Source: Entomortierella parvispora E1425 (lineage: Eukaryota; Fungi; Mortierellomycota). Taken from it: a stretch of DNA of 64,000 nucleotides. Position numbers and translations under genes: made by a program. The notes beneath the pieces were generated by a model. It did no database searches, was not told where the DNA came from, and was given only the letters and a program-made list of their open reading frames with translations. Numbering within the stretch: position 1 is the first letter of the stretch; every line of letters starts with the position of its first letter. Where the stretch lies: the NCBI GenBank assembly GCA_020891255.1, contig BQFW01000007.1, forward strand, positions 2,790,001 through 2,854,000. Direction: 5' to 3'. Of this stretch, positions 35,730 to 47,401 are shown piece by piece.

Positions 35730-35841
35730 TCGCGAAGAACGAAAATCACGACGACAGCGAGGGAGGGAGGCAAGAGAAGGCGAACTCAACAAGCGGCTTG
35801 GGGCCTAGATCCTCGAGGGGCTGGGCCTATGGCACCAGCAG
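35730..35841 (+). pseudogene. Degenerate family-A small ORF remnant
   Basis: REERKSRRQR...ELNKRLGA*ILEGLGLWHQQ. Confidence 0.45.
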
Positions 35842-36593
35842 CCCTCCTCCCCACCCCTAATAAATTCTATACCATGCCACCTATTTCTGTCCTGCTTGTT
35901 GACAATGCATCTGAGAATCCGGGTCTCTTACAGGCTCCCACGTCATTGTTACAGAAACCACATATCCTGATCACCTTACTCGCATGTATCGTGCAGGCTC
36001 ACTTAGGTCTGCTGCGAGTCAAGGACATACGTACGGGCGGCAGTCTAGGGGGTCCATTTGATCAATTGATAGCCATACCTTACACATCTTTGAGCTGTGG
36101 GAGGCGGGCGTCGATGCACTGACAAGGGGGCCATCTTGCGCAAAAGGTCGAGCTGATGCAGCAGGGCGGTTGCAAGACTGGGGGAAGTCTGGGTGATGAG
36201 TTTTTTTTATTTATGTTATTTGCCGGATTCTTTGTTCCACCTCACCGGTTCGCGGCTCTTTTCTTTGCAGCAAGAATTTGATCCGCAATCAGAACCAGAC
36301 GGATAAAATGATGCAGAATGATGAGTTTTTATTTACTTTTCTTAGATGTGAGGTTTACCAACATTAGGCATGAAAAAAAGAAGAGATATTTGAAAGAGGA
36401 TGGAGAGGAGATGATGGTCCAACAGAGGAGAGGACGATGTGATGCCAGTGTTTGGTGGTGATCTGCTATGCACAAGCAATGGAACAAGAGAAAAAAGAAA
36501 AAGATATGATAAAGTGGTAACAAGCAGAAAGACGAGAGGGAAAAAAATAAACAAACAAACTATAGGAGAGTGAGTGCGCCACTGCTTTCTCGC

Positions 36594-38640
36594 TTAGATG
36601 AGGTCCATGACATCAAACAACATGCTAACACTCTCGCCATTGTGTATCCTGCGGATGGCCTCAGCAAAGATGGGGGCCACGTTGAAGACCTTCATCTTTG
36701 AGCAACCGGCCAAGTGCTCCTCCTGGGGAATACTGTTGCTGACAATGACCTGATCGATGCACGAGTTTTGGATGCGCTGGATGGCATCGCCAGACATGAT
36801 GGCGTGGGTGATGATGGCATAGATCTTTTGAGCGCCGTTCAACTGCAGGACCTTGGCAGCCTTGGTGATCGTAAATGAGGTATCGGCAATATCGTCCACC
36901 AGAATACAGACCTTGCCCTTGACATCTCCGACCAACATCATGTCGGACTTGTGAGGGGCCTGGATCTGACGACGCTCCTTGTGAATCAAAGCAAACTCCA
37001 TGCCCAGCTTGTCCGCAATCACGGTGGCACGTTTGGCACCACCAGCATCGGGCGAGACGACGACAGCGTCCTCCCAGTTGGGGATGCGTTCCCGAATGTA
37101 CTTGACCATCAAAGGCTGTCCGTATAAGTTGTCCACGGGAATGTCAAAGAAGCCCTGGAACTGGGGGTCGTGCAAGTCCATAGTAATAATATGGTCCGCA
37201 CCTGTTTGTTGTTTTGTGGTTGGTTGTTGTTGTCATTGTTTCCATGAGAAGTGATGTCGCACAAGCAGAACGGAGATGAAAAATGTGGGGAAAGAGAAAA
37301 AAAAATCAGTTAGACATCCATCGATAATCATCCAAAGGAAAAAAGATCTAAAAAAGAACAACGGTAACCATGGCCCATCCTTTTTTTACCAGCAGTGACG
37401 AGAAGGTTGGCGATGAGGGTTCCAGAGCGAGCAACCCAATGCTTGTATCCGGGCTTCTGGGGGTTGACCTGGTCAGTGGTGACACAGGTCTGGGAGGAAG
37501 GGCTTCCACTGCCAGAGTGAGTACCGCCTGCAGCGCCGTTGATGACGGGGATGTTGAGGTGGCTGGGCTGCGACGTTGCCTGGGGACGGATGCCGCGGGG
37601 TGCAATATGACGGGGTTTTGCGCCCTCGCCCTCCAGTCTCAAGGCGGACAAAGCAGGGATCACACCCGCCTGCTGTCCATTGGCGCCGGTGGAGGGAGAG
37701 AGCGTGGGCGAAGTCGCGGCAGACTCAATGTCCGAGTTGGATTCGTTGGTCGATTCAAACATCTTGTCGAAGGGGTTCTTACGGTCGATCCTATCCAAGC
37801 TAGGGGTCTGGAGAGGTGTTCCAGCGGGGGTGACGGGGAGCGAGAAGGGAGTGCTGGCGCCAGTGTAGCCGAAAAAGACGTTGGCGGGCACACGGGACAA
37901 GGGCATTCCGTTCTTCTTGTAAGGAGCATCAGGCTGACGGGCATAGGGGAAGCAGGGGATGACAGCCGTGATGCGACGCGCGCTGGCGGTCTTGCATGCA
38001 GCTGATCAGTATCGCAAGAATGATTGGATCGCCATTTGAACAATAGAGTCGACGAGGTATGGGCCATGCAGAGGAACAATAGGTTGAGACAAGGGTGGGA
38101 GGAGAGGGAAAGAATCGGACGGTTAATGGCTGTGCAAGAGATGGGTGGCGATGAATAAAGCAAAGCAAGTTCAAGCACGGAACGTACCGAGCATGATCAG
38201 CAACTCCATGAGGTTGTCGTTGACGGCACCGCAGCCGGACTGGATGATGAAGACATCCTTGTTACGGACACTGTCGCCAATCTCGACATTGGTTTCCTTG
38301 TTGGCGAACTTTGTCAGCTTGACCTGGCCGGGGGAGACGCCGAGACGGGCACAGATCTGATCGACCAAGGCGGGGTGCGAGCTGCCTAGAAGAGGAGAAA
38401 GAGAGAAAGACAGGAGGAGTCAGTCAGTTGTAGCAAGCTTATTTGTTTGTTTACTTTGCTTGCTCCGAGAGGGTGGTGTTGACCCATCCAGAGATCCCCG
38501 CCATCATCATATGAGAGAGCGAGGAAGTGAAGAAGAAAAAAACTAAAAAAAAAAATAAGGTCGGAGTGAACTGAGAGGAGAAAGAGAGATCGGATTCCTG
38601 TGTCATGTCATTTACCACTGAAGACGACAATGTTGCGCAT
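36594..38640 (-). CDS. PRS1: Ribose-phosphate pyrophosphokinase (PRPP synthetase), Prs1-type with a non-homologous insertion, multi-exon
   Basis: MRNIVVFSG|[65 protein letters not shown] and [10 protein letters not shown] long Ser/Pro-rich insert precedes SGTLIANLL. Confidence 0.95.
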
Positions 38641-39006
38641 GGTGGAGTTGTGTGGGTGGGTGGGTGTGCGTGTGTTGAAGGAGAGAGAGGAAGAAAGAGA
38701 AAGGCAACCAGACAGAGGACAAGACACGCGAGAGAGCGGAGGGCCAAGGCGGAGGGGTGGGGGTTGGAGGACAAAGAAGACAAGAGCAAGAGCAAGAGCA
38801 AGAAAAAGAGGAAACAAGGCCTTTCTCGGCCATGGGCAACACTGCCCACGGAGCGAGTCATAGTCACAGTCACGTGCATGTGACGTGTCCAATAAATACG
38901 GCGAAGGGGTGTCTCATTTGCGTCGTTTTTCGCTTCTTTCTCCTCTTCCTCCCCTTTGTATAAATATCGTTTCTGTCTTTTTTCTCCTCTCTCTCCTACT
39001 CCTACT

Positions 39007-39709
39007 ATGTCCAACTACTATGAGCACTACCGCAAGAGCAGGTATCGTCCTCTTCCCTCGCTTGAATGGAGACGAGTTTGGCCTGTTCTTTCAGTCTGTT
39101 CACCCTATCTGTCGTTCTTCTTTATTTCTAGCATCGGTCTGGCTTTGATCGACTCGTTGGACGAGCTCATCCAGTCCGGTCACATCAATCCACAGTTGGC
39201 CATGCGTGTCCTTGCCCAGGTACTTTCTCTTACTTTTTCCTTTGTTGGTCCTCCTGTCCGTGTCATGCAGGGTGTTCTTCACTTTGGTGGCACAATGCAC
39301 GGCCGTCAGTCTGAAAGACACAATTGTCTTTCCTTGTCTGGCATGCATGGACTGATTCCTGTGTTTCATTCTTTTTTGCCTTGTAGTATGACATGAGCAT
39401 TGCTGAGGCACTGAGCTCGCGTGTCAAAAACAGAGCAACCGTCAAGGTAAAGAAGCAAAGAGCAGCTGAATGATCAAAAACGGTGCAAGTCTTTTGCAGA
39501 AGTAGACGACGAGTGTGCCCTTCAATTGGTCATTGACAAATCGTGCAAAAAAACCGTTATCATAGGCGCACCTGGATACCTACCGATCGCTGGACGACGT
39601 ATGGACCTTTGTGCTGCTGAACCCTACGTTTCGATTCGACTCTGATGCGGTGACGACCGACAAGGTCAAGGTCGTTGCCTGTAAGGCCAGGGTGCCCGGC
39701 GAAGCCTAA
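39007..39709 (+). CDS. TOA2: Transcription factor IIA small (gamma) subunit, 4 exons
   Basis: MSNYYEHYRKS|SIGLALIDSLDELIQSGHINPQLAMRVLAQ|YDMSIAEALSSRVKNRATVK|AHLDTYRSLDDVWTF...DKVKVVAC. Confidence 0.96.
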
Positions 39710-40712
39710 AAAGAGAAAACAAAAAAAAGGATGTCCTCAAGGGGATGGTCCAGTGTGTGGGGACTCTTTTTGCTTTCCTCTTGTCTCTTTCTTTCTCTCG
39801 TCTCTCTATTGTATCATAAATTCTCCCTCAAATAAACTTGTACAAAAACGAAGCATGGGACAAGAAAGGTAATGATGAAGAGAGAGAGAGAGAGAGAGAG
39901 AGGATGGGAGTAAGGAAGGGGAGTGATGAATGAGAATGAGAAGGGAGGTGCGCGGCAGGATGAAGGGAGGAAACGGCTGCGGACAGAGACAGAAAGAGAG
40001 GCACCGCACCACTTGAGCATTGACCACCCCACACATCATTCTCACATGTGTGCACCCCTTAATATCTCTCGCGTTGCAGGTGCAAGCACCCACAATGCAT
40101 GCAATGCATGAAATGGTTCCATGGGCCTTTCCGTCCTTTTTCTCTCTTTGTTCTTTCCGTCCCCATTCTTTGCTGCATCCATCCCAGTGGCGCACGGAGG
40201 ACACTGCTTACTTTCTTAGCAAACGACTTCTCCCTTCCTCCGACCCCATTCACTTTACGCGTTGCTGTCCGCTGTGCTCTTTCACTCTCTCCTCTTCGTC
40301 TCGTTCTCGCTTCTTTCTGTCTCCCCAGAGCCCAGTACCAGGCGAGAGCATCCTCGACCTGGGACCCTGCCTCTGAACGGACGGTTGCTCCTTGACCCGC
40401 TGTGTTGACAGCAGAGAATCATCCGGCCTTTTCTCAGACTTCAGCTTATTTCCTCCAGTTGCTCGCCAGCGTGGTCGAGCCTGGACCTTTTATTGCCTCA
40501 TTCTTACCCGTATCGCCATCTGCACCAACAACGACACCAACGCCAGAAAGAGCCACAGTAACGACTAGATAGGTCTTCAGACATACCGTCATTGAGGACG
40601 ACAACAACAGCAGTATTAACAAAAACACACATCAGAAGACTCACCTTCGACGCTTTGTGCTTCTTTGAGACTCTCTTGGGAGTCCCATCCGTCATAAACA
40701 CCATATCATATC

Positions 40713-42844
40713 ATGTCGACTCCAAAAGTGCAGCGTCCATCTGCTACTCCGCTCTTTTCGTCTTCAAAAACCCGACGGGGCTCTCTCTCCACCCCTTGTC
40801 TTCCAACGGTCGGATCCACCACAACGCATCAGCTTGCAGGATCTAGCGCTGGGTCAAACTCGGTCGAGACTCTAAACCTCACCGACAAGCGTGCGGCTTC
40901 TGGATCAAGAGGGTCTTCTGCTATGTCTCTTCTCAGTCGAGCTGTGGGATTCAGATTAGGCAGTGCAGGAGATAAAGGCAAAGGTCGATCTCAGATGGAT
41001 ATGGGGTCTACGGGATTATTGGCAACGATGACACCATTAGGATTTGGATCAAACTCAGAGTGCGCCTCCTCGGAAGAGACCAGCAAGAGAGGCAGGGGCG
41101 TGGCTACGTTTCTGGCTAATGAGATCTTACTGCTCATCTTTCGACATATCATGGATCGCAAGAGCATATTGAACTGCAGTTTGGTCTCGTCTCACTGGCA
41201 TGGTCCCGCCCGTTCAGAGCTGGAGAGGCTTGTTCAGGACATGCCCTTTAATGGACAAGGTCTTGTGCATGCAATAAGGTATGGGCGATGCAACAACTCA
41301 TACACGAATGGCCCCCATTCTTTCCTATCTTTTTTTTTTTTTTTTTTTTTTTTGTTTGTTGGCAATCAAATCGTTCTTGTGCACAAACTAATTTCTAACC
41401 TAATCGCGATTTCTTTCTTCCTCCGTGGAAAAAACCACCCTCCTCACATAGAACGCGATTCGCAAGCGACTCGTTCCCGTTTCTTTCAATGGCGCTGTTC
41501 GACAAGCTGGTGTGCAACCTTTCGGAACTCTACTACCTTTCAAATCCAGAGACCAAGGCTGTTTTTGCGCCTGCGCACGCCCCCGACATGTTGTACCATC
41601 TCTTTTGGACTTTTTTGTTTATCGATCAAGAGTTTCGAAACACTAGGTCCCGCCCCAAAGTCACCTGTAATTACTTTGTCCATCTCCTACAAAACGAGGG
41701 TGGAGGATACCCGCGCGAGTACTTTGACAAGAAGGTTCTCAAGGTAAGAATCATTTACTTTTTTCAAGTTGCAAACAGAACGGCAGCAAAAAAAAAAAAA
41801 AAAAGTTTTCTCAATTTCTCAATTGCCCTTCCCTCTAAATAGAGCATCTACAACGATATCAAAGCCAGGCCGTTGTTGCCAGCTCCGCATCTCATTCGTG
41901 CATTTCAGGACGTTGACGGACCAATATCTCAGACGAACAATACGACAGCTGGCGATCCACCCGACGGGGGCTCATTAGCGAGGACGGGGAACGGGAATCG
42001 AGATGGACATCACCAACCGATACAACAGTCATCATCGTCTTCATCCACAGCATCACGGCCAGGCGTTCACAGTCGTCAGAGTTCTTTAATGGACATTGCT
42101 AGCTCTATCCGGTACGAGTCCTTTGGGCGTTTACGGCGGTGGTGGAGACACGTACGCGAAGATGCCGACCAGAATCAAATTGGCTGGGTCTCTCATTTGG
42201 AAACACCTTTCTCATCAACTTCGACAATACAGGCGCGACATCCACCCACAGCTACTGCTAGCACTTCATCGACAGGAGCGCTCCAAAATCAACTGCAACA
42301 ACAAGGAGCAACCGACTCTGCCGTGGCCATGGCTTCTTCTCCCTCTTCGTCCATCTCTTTCACCACCAGTGTGGCGCATCCATTGAGCACAGAGCTGACA
42401 ACCTCCTCTACAACTTCATCCTCTTCTTCATCAGCTTCAGTCGCCAATCCACCGCCGTTGTTACAGCACTCGGCGTCTTCAACTTTTCCTGCCGGGAGCA
42501 TCTCCTCAGCAACTTCGTCCTTGCTACGGTCCAGATCGGGAGCACAGTCAGATATGTCCTTTGGACCATCCTCCTCTAAGGCTCTACCTCTTCAGTCCCA
42601 TTCCTCACGGATATTACACACGCACCGGAGTCATATCAACAGCGGGCATGCTGAAGGCAGTGCACTGAGCGGGGGCATTTTGTCTCAAGGATTTACCCGT
42701 GTACCATGGGGCTGGCATCCACAAGGAGATGGCCTGGATGAGGTGGTCTTGTTCCCGAAACCCAAAAAAGCCAGTACTCTTGGAGCGGAGCATCAAATCC
42801 TGCAGTATTCGACCCTGATGCTCGAAATGGAGACGGATGAATGA
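40713..42844 (+). CDS. F-box plus degenerate Sec7-domain protein (FBXO8-like), 3 exons
   Basis: F-box LANEILLLIFRHIMDRKSILNCSLVSSHW. Spliced LVHAIR|TRFASDSFPFLSMALFDKLVCNLSELYYLSNP...DMLYHLFWTFLFIDQEFRN..SRPKVT...F...VLK|SIYNDIKARPL follows the Sec7 C-terminal pattern. Confidence 0.72.
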
Positions 42845-43040
42845 AGGCGCCCAAAAATACTACACTACATGCACGATCTCCAGAGACGCGCGCGCGAGTC
42901 GGGGTTTTGTCGGTCGTCATGTCTATTTCCGTCGTTTTTATTATATAGGGGGAGGGGATAAAATACAGCAACGAGGACCATATCTTCCATTGTTCCCATT
43001 CATGGGGCAAATCCTTATTTGTCGTTGGTTTGTTTGGGTA

Positions 43041-45320
43041 TCATTTGCCCATTAACTATATGAAAAAGAGAAAAGAAAAAAGAAAACAATACAAACGTCA
43101 AATTCTGCCTTATCATTGAATGCAGTCTAGTGAGAGCGAGGGTGGTTGTACTTACATTACTAAAGAAGAGCTTCGCGGCTTCTTCTTCTGTCATGGTTTT
43201 TTTTGCAGGACCTTGAGAATTGTGGGGTCTTTTTGAGGGGGGTAATGGATGCGGAGCCGTTTTCGGGTACATGCCCCCCTGGCTATTGTCATATTCATCA
43301 TCATCGTCTTCTTCCAGCCACCGAAAATCGCCATCGTTTTTGACATATTGTGGGGCCTCTCGATCATTGTCGGTCCTGGCGTGCTTTTTTGCACGTAAAG
43401 GCGGATCAAGGTTCCGAGGGGTATGAGTGGTGGCAGCTGGAGCAGAGACGGGCGTCTCCCGGAGTTGCTGCAGGGTTTTCGAAGGCGGTTGGACAGGTGA
43501 GGTCGGAGACCGGGAGGGGGCGTCCTGATGAGAAGTTGTTGAATGCCGGGTATGAACTGGATTGATCTATTATCAGAAAGGGGTTGAGGGTGTCCAGAGA
43601 CGGTCAGCATACGATAGATGGTATTCACAGAAGGGAATGAGAGCAGGCGGTCGGATATAGATAGGTTCTGTTCTAACCTCTTTGAAAAAATCAGCAATGG
43701 CTGCTCCTGGTGCCGAGGCCGTGGTCTGATTACTCGCAGAGGCCGATGTCGATGAGCGGGTGGGGGAATGCTGCGGTATGGTCGAGGATGAATTTGATCC
43801 TTGCCCAGACTGTTTGACCATGGTTGTGTATACGACAGGTCGCACTTTGTAGTTGTATCGTGCCTTTGTTGTTCGAGCTCCAGGTCCTGCATTCCCAAGA
43901 GGAATAATTTGATCCTGGTGACCGGCAAAAACCGAGTTGGGTGCTATGACGTGACGAGAGGACGTGGTCATAGGAGGCTGTATCCTGCTTACGGTCGTGG
44001 ATTGGACCGGTCGTCGGATATTGGTCGGCGTGTTTGTCGAATATGCCCTGCTTTTGGGCGGTGGGTATGGGTTGCTTTTGTACATTTGTGTACTAACAAA
44101 AGGAGGAATATCCAATAGAAAAAAAATAAGGAATGTCAGCGCTTTTCCAAAATGAACATGGCTCCGACTTCATGGATGAGATGGCACCTACATCTTTCGA
44201 GCTTCCTCTCTTGCCTTTTCAAAGAGAGTTTTCTTTTTTGGCGCGACGGACCCCCATCCAGATCCCGAGGCCGGTCGAATTGTTTTTTTAGGAAGTCGTA
44301 GGGTCGGATCGACAATCACACTGCGATCCTGTCGAATCTTGTCATGGCGTGAATAGGACTGTCGAAGTTTTGCCCGCTCTCTTTCGTACCGCTCAAGTTC
44401 TTCCTGTTCCTTGGCCTAATCAACAGGGCCATGAAAAACATTAGCCCACAGGGTACATTCAAGAGGAAAGCGATGGAACCTGCACGGGGGATGAAGTAAT
44501 TGCCTGATATTTCGCACGCCATTCGCCACTTTGATCATAGGTCGAGCTTTCTTCCCGAAAATCCTTGTACTTGTTGAGTGCATGGTGGTACCAAAGTTCT
44601 ATAAAGAAAAATATGGAGAAGATCTAGGTTGGTTGTTCTCTTCTGGAAATGATTTCATAAAGTGAAGTTCACCTTGCAGCACATATTTTCTACAGTTGCT
44701 CTACCATCTGTCATCTCGTCAAGGCCCTGCGAATGGTTAATGTCGTCCAAGAAATAAAAATAAAAACAGAAAAAAAAGAAAAAGTTAGTTTCCAGGCATA
44801 CAGGTATCTTCATTTTGCTTTCAGACCGTGGGGCGCAGGCTCACCTCCGTGTGTTCTTCAATGCGCATGAGTTGCTTCACTGGACACGGAACAAAGTCAT
44901 CATCAATATTAGTCCATTGAGTTTCTCCTATAAGCAATCCCGTGCTCCATGAGATATATATATAAGGTGTGTGCGTACCGCTGCATTTCTTGAGCACACT
45001 TTCTATTAGATAGTACGGCGTTGCTCCAAGGTCCTCAAGAACTATCCCGTTTGGAGTATCGATAAAAGTGGGTGAGTATCCAGTTGGATTTGTTTTGCCA
45101 ATTGTGGCAAACTGAAATCACAAGTGAAAAAAAACAACAACTTACGGTCTACATATCGATCCAAGGTCGAAATACAGATATCCCGAAGAGACGGCACACC
45201 CGATGGCTTTTCTGCAGGATGGCGTCCCACCAAGTCAACATCCACTGGACGTCCATCCTCGCCGACAAAGTCTGAGCCCCATTCTGATCCCAGACGGTGC
45301 CCTGTCCCGAAGAAGGCCAT
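43041..45320 (-). CDS. ELA1: Elongin A (RNA polymerase II elongation factor SIII subunit A), multi-exon
   Basis: BC-box VPSLRDICISTLDRYVD, then LEDLGATPYYLIESVLKKCS|VKQLMRIEE, ELWYHH, EWRAKY and KTLFEKAREE. Later exons splice in frame to LMGK*. The start codon is tentative. Confidence 0.85.
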
Positions 45321-45763
45321 GATCTGATATTCCGATGTTCGTTTCAAGTTCTTTTTCCTCTCGCCTTGCAGGTATGTCCAAAGCTCTGTCCTTTTGTTCC
45401 GTCTGCCTGATCGTCCAATAAAGAAAAAAGAGAGAGCGATTGTGCTCGCCGAGTATCAAAGTCCGGGGGGAAGGATGGGTTGGAGAGAGAAGAGAGGAGT
45501 GAAAGCGACAAAACGCATTTATACCTTTCTCGCTCCACGTGACCAGTGATAAGCCACCTTTGGATCCCCCTCTTTCTCGCCACTGACCCAATCAGCTCAT
45601 TACATTCATACAAGTCTCTTCACCTTCCTTCACCTTCAGGCCGTCTGCACCTTCGGCAATCAGGAACAGCACGCGAGAACAGAGCTTGGGCGTAAAGGAA
45701 TCAGAAGAGCAGGAGAAATAGCGCTTAAACACTGCGCAAAAAATATCACAGGACTTGCATTCA

Positions 45764-47213
45764 ATGTCGGACAACAGCTCATACTCGAGCCACGGCACCA
45801 TCGAAGACTCAAACATGGACAGCCCCCAGCTCTCAAGTGCAAGCATCAGTGCCAGTGCTAGCGGTGCCAGCACCCCTGCCCGTGCAGTCATCCCCGATGC
45901 AGAATCCAACTCTGCCGTTGGCTCATCATCTGCCACACCCATGGACCAGGACACGCCCATGCCCGCCGCCATGGCTTCCCCTGCCGTGTCCTCGGGTCTT
46001 TATAACAATAACAGCAACTCGGCCGTCTCTTCACCAGCACAGGAACAATCACAACAGCAAGGATCGCTCCATCACTCACAGCCGTCTCCTCTGGCCTCGA
46101 GTCCTATGACTGGCGTCGTCGCGTCCTCGTCCTCCCCCGCAGCTTCCCATACACAGATGCAGGATGTCACTGCTGGATCCTCGTTAAGCCTACCCCCCTC
46201 TTCAGATAACACCCCAGTGGCCTCGTCATCTTCAACACCCATCCACGTACCTTCCACATCCACATCTACCTCAGCATCAGCATCAGTACCAGCAGCGGCC
46301 TCATCTAGCTTCACCTCTTCTTACTCAGGGACCCCTCTAACCCAGAGTCAACGAGAACAGCAGCTTTTGCTTCTTCAAAAACAAGCACAGGCACAACAAG
46401 CACAGGCGCATCTTTTGCAACTTCAGCAAGCTCAGGCACATGCAGCGGCCGCAGCGGCTGCTGGTGGCTCTAGCTCGTTGTCATCGACCGCTCCAGGAAC
46501 ACCTTTGGCCGTTCATCATACCCAAGCCGTGGGCGTGGCACTGCAGTCGCGGAAGGAGGAGGAGCTCAACAGGAAGGATCGCACTTTGGCAGAGTTCTTG
46601 CCCATGATGGAGAACTATAACCCTATTGTAAGTCCATGGATGCTTTTCTTTGATTCCATTTTGTTTCGAGGTATCCGCAGAAAATATTTAGAATTCTATT
46701 TAACGACTTTTTTTCTTTCCTGTCTACAGATCCCAGACGCCGTGACGGACTATTATTTGAGCAGGACAGGATTCGACTGCGACGATGTCAGAATGTAAGA
46801 ATGCAGAATGAGACAAGGTCTTTTGTGTCGGAGGCACGGGTTAATCAATGGGGCATCGGAACTTTTTAACTTACCACAGTCCTTTGGAATTGATGTTTTA
46901 GTAAGAGACTGTTGGCTTTGGCGGCTCAAAAGTTTGTTTCTGATATTGCTACGGATGCCTTCCAGTATTGCAAAGTGCGGCAGCAGAGTCAAAAGCGTGG
47001 ACCACCCGGCAAGGTAACTTTATGTTTCTTGCTATTTGCCTTGCCGTTACGTACATCTCGTGCATCGAAACTAAACTTCTCTGTCATGATCCCTGATCCC
47101 TGATCCCTGATCCTATCCTTTAGGAAAAGAAGACTGTTTTGACCATGGAGGATCTCTCGGATGCACTTGGCGAATATGGAATTAATGTCAAGAAGCCCGA
47201 CTATTTCTTGTAG
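45764..47213 (+). CDS. TAF10: TFIID/SAGA subunit TAF10 with a long Ser/Gln/Ala-rich N-terminus, 4 exons
   Basis: LAEFLPMMENYNPI|IPDAVTDYYLSRTGFDCDDVRI|KRLLALAAQKFVSDIATDAFQY...|KTVLTMEDLSDALGEYGINVKKPDYFL. Confidence 0.97.
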
Positions 47214-47401
47214 GGATACTTTTTTGATTGTTGTTCAGTCGACCTATTAAAGAAAATGGAAACCACCCACAATAGTGCAGTCATGGAGAACGGCTTTTTT
47301 TTGTCAGGATGTATGAAGTGGTTTATTATCAGGATGATGTGCTATTATACAATTGAAAAAACAAAGGGACACAATGGAGGAAAACAGCTGAACACACTTC
47401 T

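Larger units (their letters stand above)
31440..35960. repeat. Second, diverged copy of the A/B module (A array, B remnant, further A copies)
   Basis: 31440-33270 matches 8560->6760; 33207-35090 matches ~3980-6070; 35390-35960 holds more A units. Confidence 0.92.

Noticed and set aside
3283-35810. RIP or methylation-driven C-to-T signature in family-A stop codons
   Set aside because: Some stops fit C>T (CAA>TAA, CGA>TGA, TGG>TGA) but others appear to be G>T (GAG>TAG). There are too few sites without a full alignment.
37380-37910. Large low-complexity insertion in the PRPP synthetase as a novelty or intein
   Set aside because: Non-homologous regions are a known feature of fungal Prs1/Prs5-type subunits, and there are no intein motifs.
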